Shown: positions 9,041 to 18,701, counted from the stretch's first letter. The stretch: 34,757 nucleotides of DNA from Nitrospirota bacterium (GCA_040758355.1 JBFLWF010000025.1:1-34757), one strand, 5' to 3'. The notes: a model not told the origin generated them from the sequence alone. Numbers and translations are program-made.

Positions 9041-11239
9041 TTATATCATTGGTTCCATTTCCAATGCAGGATGTCCGACACTGGAAAGGTGTTCCAGAAG
9101 CTTCTCTGAATCTTCGCAGATAGTTTCATCTGCTATCTTGTCGAGCAGGTCAGGGACACCGGCCTCTTCCGCCCTCTTCTTGAAGTCCTCTGCTATTCTC
9201 TCCTTCAGTCCTTTCGGCATCCAGACAATCCTCTTTATGCCGCCGTCGCCGGAGAGGAACTTCTTGCTTGTTATGAAGTTAACGCCAATCCCCATAAATC
9301 CCGGTGTCTGTGCACCGCCGCCGACAGTGCCTGCAAGGGTGGAGAACTTCATGCCTATAGGGGTCATCATGGTTGCACCCCTGTTTACAATCATGACGCC
9401 GTTGGCCTCAGGGATAATCGCGACGATACACTCAAAGCATCCGCATGAGGTCATTGGGTTTTCCATTATTGTGTAAAGGTTCAGTGTTTCCACTGCACCT
9501 CCTGATGCCTTCTTCAGATACTCATCAACACCTGTGTATCTCCCGTATCTTGTATCAAGTATCTCGCCTTTTTGTATCGGCTGGTTTCCGCCTGTAGGGT
9601 CTATCTCGTATGCTGCCTTTCCGTCAAGCCAGTTGTATGCACCGCAAAGACCGAGCCTTTCCGGGGTGATCACACACACATGGGCAGGAGCAAAAGACTG
9701 GCAGAGGAGGCATGAATAGAATGTATCAACTGCATCGTCCGTAAGGCTTCCGAGCCTGTGGTCTCTTTCTTTGTATGCAGCCCTTGCCTCTTCCATCGTC
9801 AGTTTTACATCTTCATCGGTCGTATAAAGCGTAACCTGTACCTTGTCAACTATAGACTTGAAACGGTTGTGGGTCATTGTATTGAGAATGACCCCTATAT
9901 GTTCAAGGGTTATTCCGTCTTTCTGTGCAGCATTGTTTATCCTTATCCAGTTAATGTCACGCTGTCCCATGTGCCAGAGCCCCTGTGCCTCGTTTATATT
10001 GTGGTGTATCTTTCTTTCTATGACAGACTCGAAGTCCTTCTGCATTTTTCTTCCTGCGACTTCTATCAGGATACCGAGGGGCATCTGTCCGCCCTTTTCA
10101 TAACGCTCCTGCCAGTTGTCACCCACAATAATAACCTTGTTGTCCTCTATCTCCTCAAGCTCTCTCATCCTGACCCACTCAAATGCAGGAGTCCTCTGAC
10201 CTCCAAATTCAATAAACATATCCTCTTTTCTTATCCTCTCACCCTCAAATGCAGGGCCGTATGCGACTGGTATCGGAGGCTTTTCAACAATGATCTTAAG
10301 ACCCCTTACCTCTATTGCCTTCTGGACAATCTTTGAATGGTCAAACTCTTTATCCACTTCTTCGTATGTACATACACCTGTGGGATGTATGACAGGGACA
10401 TCCGTATCGCATACTGCCGGGAAGCCCATGTTTATTGCGCCTGCGCCTGTTGACCATTTGATGTCATCGAGAGGGCCGAGTGCAAGGGCGAATGCAAAGA
10501 CCCTGTCTTTCTGGTACTTTAAATGATCTTTAAAATCACCGGGCTTTTTGCCGCCAAATATCAAAGATGCCCTGATTGCCCAGTCAAGTGCATAAAGGGT
10601 ATGCTCTGTATCAGGGCCAAGCGGAACTATCCTCGTATCCCATCCGAGTTCTATTCCTTTCCTCTGGAGCTGCTTTGTCACGCTATCACCATTGGACTGG
10701 CCTGAAAGGAATGTAAGGATATTCTTTTCCTGCAACTCCCTGCAGATATTCACAGCAATGTCATCAGTTGGAGCAGCCCCGATTATTGCTGCAAATCCAG
10801 GCATTGTGCCGTCAACGAGCTGTATGCCAAGATTTCTCTGTATCGTGTCTGTTATAAAACCGTTATAGACATAGCCTGTCTCGGGATCTTTATATGGTTC
10901 GAGACCATATATATATTTGATTGCGAATATAATCTCCTCGGCAAAAAGCGTTGCCATTCCTGAGTCGAGGGCCTCTCCAAGATACGGCTTCCAGATATTC
11001 TCTTCTGGTTCGTCATGGAGAAGCTCCTTTGCAAAACCGAGGGCGACCTTCATATCGCCGACTGTCTTGACAGGGAACCCTGTCATTGCATATATCATAG
11101 GGAGATAGTAAGCGGTATCCGGAAACTCGAAGGCAAAGTCCTTTCCCTTTTCGGCTATTGCCTTTTCCACCATTTCTTCGGCCTGAGCCACGAGTTTATG
11201 TGCACCTCTTATAGCTGCCGAGGCTATTAACTTTGACAT
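9041..11239 (-). CDS. acsB: Acetyl-CoA synthase, bacterial type (732 aa)
   Basis: FPDTAYYLP, GPAFEGERIRK, A-cluster ligands CLLCQSFAP.HVC..ERLGLCG and TSCGCFE. Confidence 0.97.
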   Translation of the reverse strand: MSKLIASAAIRGAHKLVAQAEEMVEKAIAEKGKDFAFEFPDTAYYLPMIYAMTGFPVKTVGDMKVALGFAKELLHDEPEENIWKPYLGEALDSGMATLFAEEIIFAIKYIYGLEPYKDPETGYVYNGFITDTIQRNLGIQLVDGTMPGFAAIIGAAPTDDIAVNICRELQEKNILTFLSGQSNGDSVTKQLQRKGIELGWDTRIVPLGPDTEHTLYALDWAIRASLIFGGKKPGDFKDHLKYQKDRVFAFALALGPLDDIKWSTGAGAINMGFPAVCDTDVPVIHPTGVCTYEEVDKEFDHSKIVQKAIEVRGLKIIVEKPPIPVAYGPAFEGERIRKEDMFIEFGGQRTPAFEWVRMRELEEIEDNKVIIVGDNWQERYEKGGQMPLGILIEVAGRKMQKDFESVIERKIHHNINEAQGLWHMGQRDINWIRINNAAQKDGITLEHIGVILNTMTHNRFKSIVDKVQVTLYTTDEDVKLTMEEARAAYKERDHRLGSLTDDAVDTFYSCLLCQSFAPAHVCVITPERLGLCGAYNWLDGKAAYEIDPTGGNQPIQKGEILDTRYGRYTGVDEYLKKASGGAVETLNLYTIMENPMTSCGCFECIVAIIPEANGVMIVNRGATMMTPIGMKFSTLAGTVGGGAQTPGFMGIGVNFITSKKFLSGDGGIKRIVWMPKGLKERIAEDFKKRAEEAGVPDLLDKIADETICEDSEKLLEHLSSVGHPALEMEPMI

Positions 11240-11244
11240 CCCAA

Positions 11245-11334
11245 CCTCCTTATTTAGTTTATGTGTATATGAGCATATGGGTGAATGAGCTTACTTTTTA
11301 CTCATTAACTCTTTTACACATTTACTCATTTACT
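11245..11334 (-). repeat. 90-bp intergenic repeat, copy 2
   Basis: Matches 3963-4052 at 87/90 positions; includes the acsB RBS. Confidence 0.95.
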
Positions 11335-11418
11335 CATTAAAGATTAGTTTAGTCCTAATTCCACAATATAAGTCAATACATAATTATTAATTTTTAAATA
11401 ACCGATCCTTATGGCCTG

Positions 11419-12759
11419 CTATGCCTTTGACCTCAGGAATGCGGGAAGTCCATTTGCCTCCCTTGGCCCGACCGTTACCTTCCATCCCGGAAGTTTGTCC
11501 TCTATGGCGCCGCTCAGTATCGCAACATAGCCGGGGATAATCAATTCCCTGTGCTTTATCTCGTTCTCTATGCCGCTCTCCTGAATGAACTGGGCAATCT
11601 TAGACGCAGTGAATTTACCCGCTGCCCATGCTGTAAGGACAGACAATCCTTCGCAGTCCATAACAGCAAGTCTGCATGGAACCTTGCTGTTTTCGATCTC
11701 ACCCGAAACGATAAAGTATGTCAATGAGAAGTTTGTTGTAATGGTAAGAGGAGATTCAGGTGTGGGCTCGCCGATCTTGTATATCTTCTGCTCCACCTGC
11801 ATCGGAACCTGCGGGTCTGTATATATGTTCTGCCTCAGTGTAAATAGTGCGAGGTTCTTCCATCTTTCGATGCTGCTTAAGACTACAATCGATGCATATT
11901 TTGTCACTCCGAGTGTTGCAACAAGACTCTCGAACATCTTATCATCCCTCTGTGCAAAGGTTATCACGGGGTAGCCCAGTGCCTTGAAGTTCTTCTTGAT
12001 TGCAGCCCTTCTTATAAAGGTATTGGCCTCAAGGATTTCCTTTGCGGTCCTCGCACCTGAATCAATGACCATATCCTCGACGCCGAGGCCCTTTATCTTC
12101 TCTGTCAATGCAGAAAGTGCATCAAGCCCCTTCGCTGTAACGCCAAGGGATGCCTTATATGTCTTTGCAATGTTCGCCATTGTCTCTGCATTGGATTCAT
12201 CGGCTCCGTAAAGGAGCGGCTTTTTGTCGGCGATATTTTTCAGAGCAGCCTCTGCTGCAGCAGGATTATTGGTTGCGATAATCAAAGGCACGGCAGGCGC
12301 CTTTGATGCAATGGCCTTCACCACGCCTTCGAACCTTCCCGCATCATTTGATGCATTATTTACGAAAATGGCGTCAATCCTGAGTTTCTGGCCTACCCTG
12401 TCTATTTCTGAATTTAATACGCCATCAACAATCTTATTAATCTCGTCATCTGACATGGAGTCTTTTATCTCAACTGCAAAGGCGCATGGATTCACAAACT
12501 TCTTTTCATGCCTGAAGAGGACAGTCTCTTCTCCCATCTTCACTGCCTTATCGCCGGCACCGAGGGTTATCGGCCTTATTGGAGGAGCCGAGGCCTCGCC
12601 GAGAATTCTCTTTGCCTCTTCGGATACATCAGGACATGCATCGAGTGATGCCTGCCTCTGTGCCAGTTTCATGGCAAAGGCAAGACATGTGGGATGTCCG
12701 CACTTTTTACAGTTGGTCTTTGGAAGCAATTTAAATATTTCAACGCCTGTTAAAGCCAT
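11419..12759 (-). CDS. acsC: Corrinoid Fe-S protein, large subunit
   Basis: LPKTNCKKCGHPTCLAFAM, ETVLFRHEK, RQNIYTDPQ, TNFSLTYF, SVLTAWAAGKF. Confidence 0.96.
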   Translation of the reverse strand: MALTGVEIFKLLPKTNCKKCGHPTCLAFAMKLAQRQASLDACPDVSEEAKRILGEASAPPIRPITLGAGDKAVKMGEETVLFRHEKKFVNPCAFAVEIKDSMSDDEINKIVDGVLNSEIDRVGQKLRIDAIFVNNASNDAGRFEGVVKAIASKAPAVPLIIATNNPAAAEAALKNIADKKPLLYGADESNAETMANIAKTYKASLGVTAKGLDALSALTEKIKGLGVEDMVIDSGARTAKEILEANTFIRRAAIKKNFKALGYPVITFAQRDDKMFESLVATLGVTKYASIVVLSSIERWKNLALFTLRQNIYTDPQVPMQVEQKIYKIGEPTPESPLTITTNFSLTYFIVSGEIENSKVPCRLAVMDCEGLSVLTAWAAGKFTASKIAQFIQESGIENEIKHRELIIPGYVAILSGAIEDKLPGWKVTVGPREANGLPAFLRSKA

Positions 12760-12771
12760 ATTTAACCTCCC

Positions 12772-13710
12772 TTACATTAACTCATCAATAAATTTTTCGA
12801 CTGCTTTAACTGCTTCAGGATGTCTCATTATCAGAAGCTCCGCACCGGACATCAATAATGAGGCTGCGGTAGTGGCCTCCCATGTTATTCCCCTCTCTTG
12901 CAGGGATCCCCACAGAGGAAGCTCTGCATCTGATGCCTGTGTCTCCTTTATCTTCCACACATACATGCCCACATCTGCAAGCATGGGCGGCTGCATGGTC
13001 GCATCATTCTGCGTCAGTGCCGCAAGCCTTATCCTTTCCATAACCGAATATGTATATTCAAGACCGTATCCGAGCGCCGAACACATGGGGTCTGTTATCA
13101 GCTTCTCCTTGTCAAAACCCATCTGTGTTATCAAAATATTGAGCTGTTTTGAAAGGTTTATATCAAGCTCTGACATGGCTATAAGTCTATGGTTGTTTGC
13201 CATTGCAGCAGCGGCAATGGTCTTGTAATTGCCTTCCTGCGCCTTTCCTATTATGCAGTTTTTATCCTTTGCAGCTTCAGAGACTGCAACAAGCACGGAA
13301 GAGTCTTTCTCTACATGATTGCTTCCGAGTATTATCAGCGGGACATTTATTGCGGCAAGCACATCCTTTACTGTCTTTGCTGCATCCTCAGGAGAGCGGT
13401 TTTCCCTGTCAGGGTGTGTGCTTAAAAGCCTTAATGCTATTGCCTTTGCATTCAGTGTGTCCTGACAGTATTTTGCCCATGTAACAGGGTCTCCTGAAAC
13501 GCTTTCGTAGACCTTTTTCACTGTCTCGGGCCAGTCATCCGGAACTATGTCCTGAACCTCATAGGCTATTACAGGCCTGTGCGGAACACTTCCTTCAAAG
13601 GCATGAAAGGAGAGGACATTCTCTCCACCGAAAACAGCAGTCTTGTCGGTGCCTATGGTAACCTCAAAAACCTTGCCTGAAAAAGTCTCCTTTGGTATAG
13701 CAAAAGCCAT
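12772..13710 (-). CDS. acsD: Corrinoid Fe-S protein, small subunit
   Basis: FGGEN..FHAFEG, DINLSKQLN, ALGYGLEYTYSVMERIRLAAL, LLIMRHP. Confidence 0.95.
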   Translation of the reverse strand: MAFAIPKETFSGKVFEVTIGTDKTAVFGGENVLSFHAFEGSVPHRPVIAYEVQDIVPDDWPETVKKVYESVSGDPVTWAKYCQDTLNAKAIALRLLSTHPDRENRSPEDAAKTVKDVLAAINVPLIILGSNHVEKDSSVLVAVSEAAKDKNCIIGKAQEGNYKTIAAAAMANNHRLIAMSELDINLSKQLNILITQMGFDKEKLITDPMCSALGYGLEYTYSVMERIRLAALTQNDATMQPPMLADVGMYVWKIKETQASDAELPLWGSLQERGITWEATTAASLLMSGAELLIMRHPEAVKAVEKFIDELM

Positions 13711-13720
13711 ATTAAACCTC

Positions 13721-14578
13721 CTACATTTCTAAATACGAATGTGCATAAAGGGTTTTGTTCATTATTACATCAAGGGTCTTTTGTATAACCATCATTTTTT
13801 CGGCATCTTCAATCTTCTTGCCAGCAAGAATATCATCGACCAATTGCTTTTCATGCATAGCCTCTGCCATCTCATGGGCATCGGCAATAGCAGCATCCAG
13901 TCCTGCATTCATGAGCATAATAAAGTAATACTTATTTAATATCGGTCTGATATGTTTTGGACATCCATTGGAAATATTGCTTAGTCCAACAACTGTCTTC
14001 ATAGGCGGCTCATTCATTTCCCGGAACATCTTTATGGCATCGATAACCTTCATAGCATGGTCCTGCGATGTTGCTATCTGAAGTACAAGTGGGTCAAGGA
14101 AAATATCCTCAAGCGGCACGCCGTATTCCATAGCCCTTGCCATTATTTCCGCTGCTATTGCAGCCCTTTCCTCTGCATCGGCAGGCAGGCCGCCCTTACC
14201 GACGGTCAGGCCGATTATCTGCGAATTGTATTTTGCTGCAAGTTCAAGCATGGGAAATCTTTCAGGGTCATTTGATGTGGAGTTGATCAAAGGCCTTCCC
14301 CATTCATTATTATGAATCTTAAGACCAGCCTCTATTGCCTTATAGTTAGTGGTGTCCAGACATATCGGCAGAGGAACAACTTCCTGAATTGTTGTAACCA
14401 TCCACTGCATCAGCTCCTCTCCGCCGTCTTCAGCCGGACCTATGTTGGCATCAATCATGCCCGAACCCTCTTTCCACTGCCGCGTCGCAATCTCCTGTAT
14501 AGGGCCTTTGTCCCTCTTCATCATAGCCTCTCTAACCCTCTTGGCTATAATGCTTAATTTTTCGCCGATTATCAGCAT
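13721..14578 (-). CDS. acsE: Methyltetrahydrofolate:corrinoid Fe-S protein methyltransferase
   Basis: Pterin-binding barrel motifs MLIIGE, IDANIG, LDTTN, LINS, DPLVL, GLSNISNG; operon context. Confidence 0.93.
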   Translation of the reverse strand: MLIIGEKLSIIAKRVREAMMKRDKGPIQEIATRQWKEGSGMIDANIGPAEDGGEELMQWMVTTIQEVVPLPICLDTTNYKAIEAGLKIHNNEWGRPLINSTSNDPERFPMLELAAKYNSQIIGLTVGKGGLPADAEERAAIAAEIMARAMEYGVPLEDIFLDPLVLQIATSQDHAMKVIDAIKMFREMNEPPMKTVVGLSNISNGCPKHIRPILNKYYFIMLMNAGLDAAIADAHEMAEAMHEKQLVDDILAGKKIEDAEKMMVIQKTLDVIMNKTLYAHSYLEM

Positions 14579-14729
14579 CTTCTTCTCCTTTCGCTACAAA
14601 ATGTAATTGCCGTGTTACAAAAGGTAAAATTCTGGAATTTAAATAAAGTCTATAAAAATAACACAAAATTATGAGCAAGTAAAGAAAATTGTTTATTTGT
14701 TTATTTTATAAAACCATAATCGTGTAATT

Positions 14730-15497
14730 CTACGGTATCCCCAAAGACTGGAGTACACCAAATACAGTCTGCACAGATACCGCATCCTCCGGAAGCTCGA
14801 ATACAGGCTTGCCTTCTAAATCAAACCTGAATATCATCTCATCCTGCGGTATAAGGCCTGCCACATTAATGCCAAATCCCTCTGCCATCTTCTTTAGTTC
14901 TTCGCCTTCCTGGCCAATAACCCTGTTGATAATAAGGACACGCCTGTCAACATCGAGCTTTAACTCATCAACGAGCTCGTTTATCCTTTTGGCTGTCAGA
15001 ATGCCCTTAACAGTGGGGTCGCTCACGATTATTAATAAGTCAACTTTATGGGTTGTCCTTCTGCTTAAATGCTCCATTCCTGCTTCATTGTCTATAACAA
15101 TATAAGGATACTTATCAGAAAGCAGGTCTGTATATTTCCTTATAATATTATTGGCTGCACAATAACATCCCGGGCCTTCAGGCCTTCCCATCACCATGAG
15201 GTCAAAACCCTTTGCCTCTATAATGGACTGCTGAACCTGATAATCAAACAACTGCTCCATGGACATGCCGCCCGGCCTGTCTCCTCCGCCTCTCACTGCC
15301 TGAAGGGATTCTTCCCTGAGTTTTCCTATGGTTGCATGGATTTTAACGCCAAGGGCTTCATTCAGGCATGCATTGCTGTCTGCATCAACTGCAAGTACAG
15401 GCCCGCTCCTCTTGCTTAATAAAAATTTTATTGTCAGTCCTGCGATGGAAGTCTTTCCTGTTCCACCCTTTCCTGCAAAGGCTATCGTAAATCCCAT
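14730..15497 (-). CDS. cooC: CODH/ACS nickel-insertion ATPase (CooC/AcsF)
   Basis: GKGGTGKT, VDADSN, GPGCYC, DNEAGMEHLSR. Confidence 0.95.
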   Translation of the reverse strand: MGFTIAFAGKGGTGKTSIAGLTIKFLLSKRSGPVLAVDADSNACLNEALGVKIHATIGKLREESLQAVRGGGDRPGGMSMEQLFDYQVQQSIIEAKGFDLMVMGRPEGPGCYCAANNIIRKYTDLLSDKYPYIVIDNEAGMEHLSRRTTHKVDLLIIVSDPTVKGILTAKRINELVDELKLDVDRRVLIINRVIGQEGEELKKMAEGFGINVAGLIPQDEMIFRFDLEGKPVFELPEDAVSVQTVFGVLQSLGIP

Positions 15498-16154
15498 TTA
15501 TTCAAACCTCCTTAATATGTCTAACAACTTATCCATTCTGTTTATTATAAAATCAGCGCCCTTTAATAAGTCCAGCGGTCTGTATCCGTATGTAACAGCA
15601 ATGGTTTTAATCCCTGCTGCCTTTCCTGCTTCGATGTCGAAATTGCTGTCGCCGACAATAACAGCATCTTCCGGCTTTATATTCAGTTTTGAAAGGACAT
15701 GAAGGATCGGGATTGGCGAAGGCTTTCTCTCAGGGGTCGTATCGCTGCCCACTACCAGATCAAGATATTTCAAGAGTCCGAGGTCATTCAATATCTTGGT
15801 AGATAATGCTTCCCTCTTATTGGATATCACAGCCTTTTTATAGTCTTTCAGTCTTTCCAATGTCTCTCTTACTCCGGGATAAACAGTGGTCCTATCAACG
15901 AGATGTGCTGAATAGTAATCAAGAAACCTTTCAACCAATAAATCCCTTGACAGGCTGATGGCTGACGGCTGATGGCTAACTACTATCTTTTCCATGAGCC
16001 TCGTAATGCCTTCTCCAACAAGACTTATGGTCTCCTCAATGGTTATGGGTTTCACGCCATAAGGCTCAATTGCGTAATTTATGGCATTGGTTATATCGAT
16101 GCTCGAATCTATCAGTGTTCCATCGAGGTCAAAGATTATTAGTTTAACAGGCAT
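15498..16154 (-). CDS. gph: HAD-IA hydrolase, phosphoglycolate-phosphatase-like
   Basis: FDLDGTLIDS, SNK, KPSP, VGDSNFDIEAGKAAG. Confidence 0.85.
   Translation of the reverse strand: MPVKLIIFDLDGTLIDSSIDITNAINYAIEPYGVKPITIEETISLVGEGITRLMEKIVVSHQPSAISLSRDLLVERFLDYYSAHLVDRTTVYPGVRETLERLKDYKKAVISNKREALSTKILNDLGLLKYLDLVVGSDTTPERKPSPIPILHVLSKLNIKPEDAVIVGDSNFDIEAGKAAGIKTIAVTYGYRPLDLLKGADFIINRMDKLLDILRRFE
15953..15980. repeat. Four heptamer units inside gph
   Basis: GGCTGAT GGCTGAC GGCTGAT GGCTAAC, encoding VSHQPSAIS. Confidence 0.85.
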
Positions 16155-16258
16155 CTAATAATGTAAAAGAAAATACCTAAAAAGCTCAATATTCCCTTGA
16201 CTTTGACCGATTCCTTATTTTATCTTTCCTATCGAAATTCACTTTTAAAGGAGTGTTT

Positions 16259-17023
16259 ATGAGCAGTGTAAAGGTCGGTATTATCGGCGGGTCAGGACTG
16301 GATGATCCGAAACTTATGAAGGATGCAAAAGAAAAGAAGGTAAAGACGCCTTACGGCAGTCCATCTTCTCCTTTGACCATCGGAAAGATAAATAGTGTTG
16401 ATGTAGTAATCCTTGCCCGCCACGGCAAAGACCACTCGATATATCCGACAGGCGTCAATTTCAGGGCGAACATATATGCCTTAAAAAAAGAAGGATGCAC
16501 CCATATACTGGCTACAACAGCAGTCGGCTCTTTAAGGGAAAAAATAAGGCCAGGAGACCTTGTATTTGTTGACCAGTTCATAGACTTCACAAAGCACAGG
16601 CCGCTCACATTCCATGATGAAAAGGTCATCCACACCCCAATGAGCGAGCCTTTCTGCAAAGACCTGCGTTCATTGCTTATCTCATCTGCAAAGGAATTAA
16701 AACTCAGACATCACCCAAAAGGCACAGTAATTACCATCGAAGGGCCGCGGTTCTCCACAAAGGCTGAATCCCACATGTTCAGGGCATGGGGCGCTGATGT
16801 TATAAATATGTCGACCGTTCCCGAAGTGATACTTGCAAGAGAAGCAGGCATATGCTATCAGACCATAGCAATGTCAACTGATTATGACTGCTGGAAAGAG
16901 GGGGAAGAGCCTGTGACGTGGGATATGATCCTTTCCATAATGTCTAAAAATGCAGACAATGTAAAAAAACTCATTCTGAAAACCATACCGAAGATTAAAA
17001 ATACTAAATGCGGCTGTAAATAA
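16259..17023 (+). CDS. mtnP: S-methyl-5'-thioadenosine phosphorylase
   Basis: [46 protein letters not shown]. Confidence 0.95.
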   Translation: MSSVKVGIIGGSGLDDPKLMKDAKEKKVKTPYGSPSSPLTIGKINSVDVVILARHGKDHSIYPTGVNFRANIYALKKEGCTHILATTAVGSLREKIRPGDLVFVDQFIDFTKHRPLTFHDEKVIHTPMSEPFCKDLRSLLISSAKELKLRHHPKGTVITIEGPRFSTKAESHMFRAWGADVINMSTVPEVILAREAGICYQTIAMSTDYDCWKEGEEPVTWDMILSIMSKNADNVKKLILKTIPKIKNTKCGCK

Positions 17024-17033
17024 GGAGGTAACA

Positions 17034-17567
17034 ATGACCATCAAATCAAGAATAAGGACAATTCCTGACTATCCAAAGAAAGGCATCATGTTCAGGGATA
17101 TAACAACACTAATCAAAGATCCTGTTGGATTCAGGCTTGTAATAGACAACTTTACACAGAGGTATATAAAAGGAGATGTGAACTTTGATGTCATTGTCGG
17201 CATAGAATCAAGGGGTTTTATCATCGGCGGAGCACTCTCTTATACATTAGGCAAAGGCTTTGTTCCCGTAAGGAAAAAAGGCAAATTACCTGCAGAAAAG
17301 ATAAGCCACGAGTATGAATTGGAATACGGGACAGACATCGTAGAGATGCACAAGGACGCCATAACTAAAGGCACAAAGGTGCTCCTCGTGGATGACCTGC
17401 TTGCAACAGGCGGTACAGCCCTCGCAGCAGCAGCCCTTGTGGAGAAACTGGGAGGAGTGGTTTCCGAGATGGCATTTATCGTTAATCTGCCAGATGTGGG
17501 CGGCGAAAAGAAGCTTAAAGAAAAAGGCTACAAGATATTTGCATTGACAGAGTTTGAAGGGGATTAG
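17034..17567 (+). CDS. apt: Adenine phosphoribosyltransferase
   Basis: PDYPKKGIMFRDIT, ESRGF, RKKGKLP, YELEYG, VDDLLATGGT. Confidence 0.97.
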   Translation: MTIKSRIRTIPDYPKKGIMFRDITTLIKDPVGFRLVIDNFTQRYIKGDVNFDVIVGIESRGFIIGGALSYTLGKGFVPVRKKGKLPAEKISHEYELEYGTDIVEMHKDAITKGTKVLLVDDLLATGGTALAAAALVEKLGGVVSEMAFIVNLPDVGGEKKLKEKGYKIFALTEFEGD

Positions 17568-17579
17568 AAATATCATACG

Positions 17580-17744
17580 TCAGTAAGTTTAAGCTGATTT
17601 GAAGCAAAATTTCTGGGTTCTCCGAGGGGCAAAGTAACGACTGCCCCTTGTTTTTGCACTGAGAAAAGCTGTTATATTCTGTTTTGGCTTTCATAAAGAA
17701 CAAGCGACTAATTAATTTTGCGAAAGTCAGCTTAACCTTGCTGA
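17580..17744. mobile_element. MITE-like element with ~31-bp imperfect terminal inverted repeats
   Basis: Left TCAGTAAGTTTAAGCTGATTTGAAGCAAAATT vs reverse complement of right TCAGCAAGGTTAAGCTGACTTTCGCAAAATT; internal AGGGGCA/TGCCCCT hairpin; no transposase. Confidence 0.55.
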
Positions 17745-17762
17745 ACGGTTAGCATATTTTTC

Positions 17763-17771
17763 TGTTATAAT
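17763..17771 (+). promoter_or_regulatory. Extended -10 promoter 5 nt before the polA ATG (leaderless)
   Basis: TGTTATAAT-CATCC-ATG, no Shine-Dalgarno. Confidence 0.6.
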
Positions 17772-17776
17772 CATCC

Positions 17777-18694
17777 ATGAACCTCTATCTTATCGACGGG
17801 AATTCTTATTTCTACAGGGCATTTCACGCCATTAGGGGACTGACCAATTCAAAGGGTTTTCCAACTAATGCAATCTACGGCTTCACAAACATGATTTTAA
17901 AGATAATCAGGGAAAAGAAGCCTGATGCAATTGCTATAGCCTTTGACTCACCTGTTCCCACAGAAAGACACAAAATATACGAAGAATACAAGGCACAGAG
18001 GCCAGAGACGCCCAATGATCTGATTGTCCAGATCCCGCATATAAAAGAAATAATAAGGGCATTTAATATAACTGCATTCGAAATGCCGGGCTATGAGGCA
18101 GACGACATCATATGCACTATAGCAAAGAAGGCAGCCTCTCAGAATATAAACGTATTCATACTCAGCGGCGACAAAGACATGATGCAGGTCGTGGGCAATG
18201 GAATAAAAATTTACGACCCGATGAAGGATTTAATAATTGATGAAAATCATGTCAAAGAGAGATTCGGTGTGCCTCCTGAGAGACTGCCCGAGATAATGGC
18301 AATAACAGGAGATGCCATAGACAACATTCCCGGAGTAAAGGGAATTGGAGAGAAGACAGCCAAAGAATTGCTTTCAAAAACAGACAGCCTCGATGAACTC
18401 CTGAATCATCCCGAAAGGATAGAGAGCGAGAGGATTAGAAAGATGGTAGTGGATAATATAGAAAACATAAAGATAAGCAAAACACTCGCAACTATCGACA
18501 CAAACATTCCAATAGATATAAGTCTTCAAGACATGATAATCAAAGAACCGGATTGGCCATCCCTCCTCCCCCTGTTCACCGAATTTGAATTCAAGAGCCT
18601 GATAAAAATGATCCCGTCAGGCGGATATAAGCCTCGCGGAGAATACAGGACTATTAAGGATAAAGATGAATTGAGGAAGGCCTTAGGGGTTTAG
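17777..18694 (+). CDS. polA: DNA polymerase I N-terminal part (5'-3' exonuclease)
   Basis: LIDGNSYFYRAFHA, TNAIYGF, YKAQR, GYEADD, SGDKD, GDAIDNIPGVKGIGEKTA. Confidence 0.93.
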   Translation: MNLYLIDGNSYFYRAFHAIRGLTNSKGFPTNAIYGFTNMILKIIREKKPDAIAIAFDSPVPTERHKIYEEYKAQRPETPNDLIVQIPHIKEIIRAFNITAFEMPGYEADDIICTIAKKAASQNINVFILSGDKDMMQVVGNGIKIYDPMKDLIIDENHVKERFGVPPERLPEIMAITGDAIDNIPGVKGIGEKTAKELLSKTDSLDELLNHPERIESERIRKMVVDNIENIKISKTLATIDTNIPIDISLQDMIIKEPDWPSLLPLFTEFEFKSLIKMIPSGGYKPRGEYRTIKDKDELRKALGV

Positions 18695-18701
18695 CGACTG
18701 C

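Noticed and set aside
12224..13228. 334-aa plus-strand ORF
   Set aside because: Antisense shadow of acsC/acsD with no motifs or RBS
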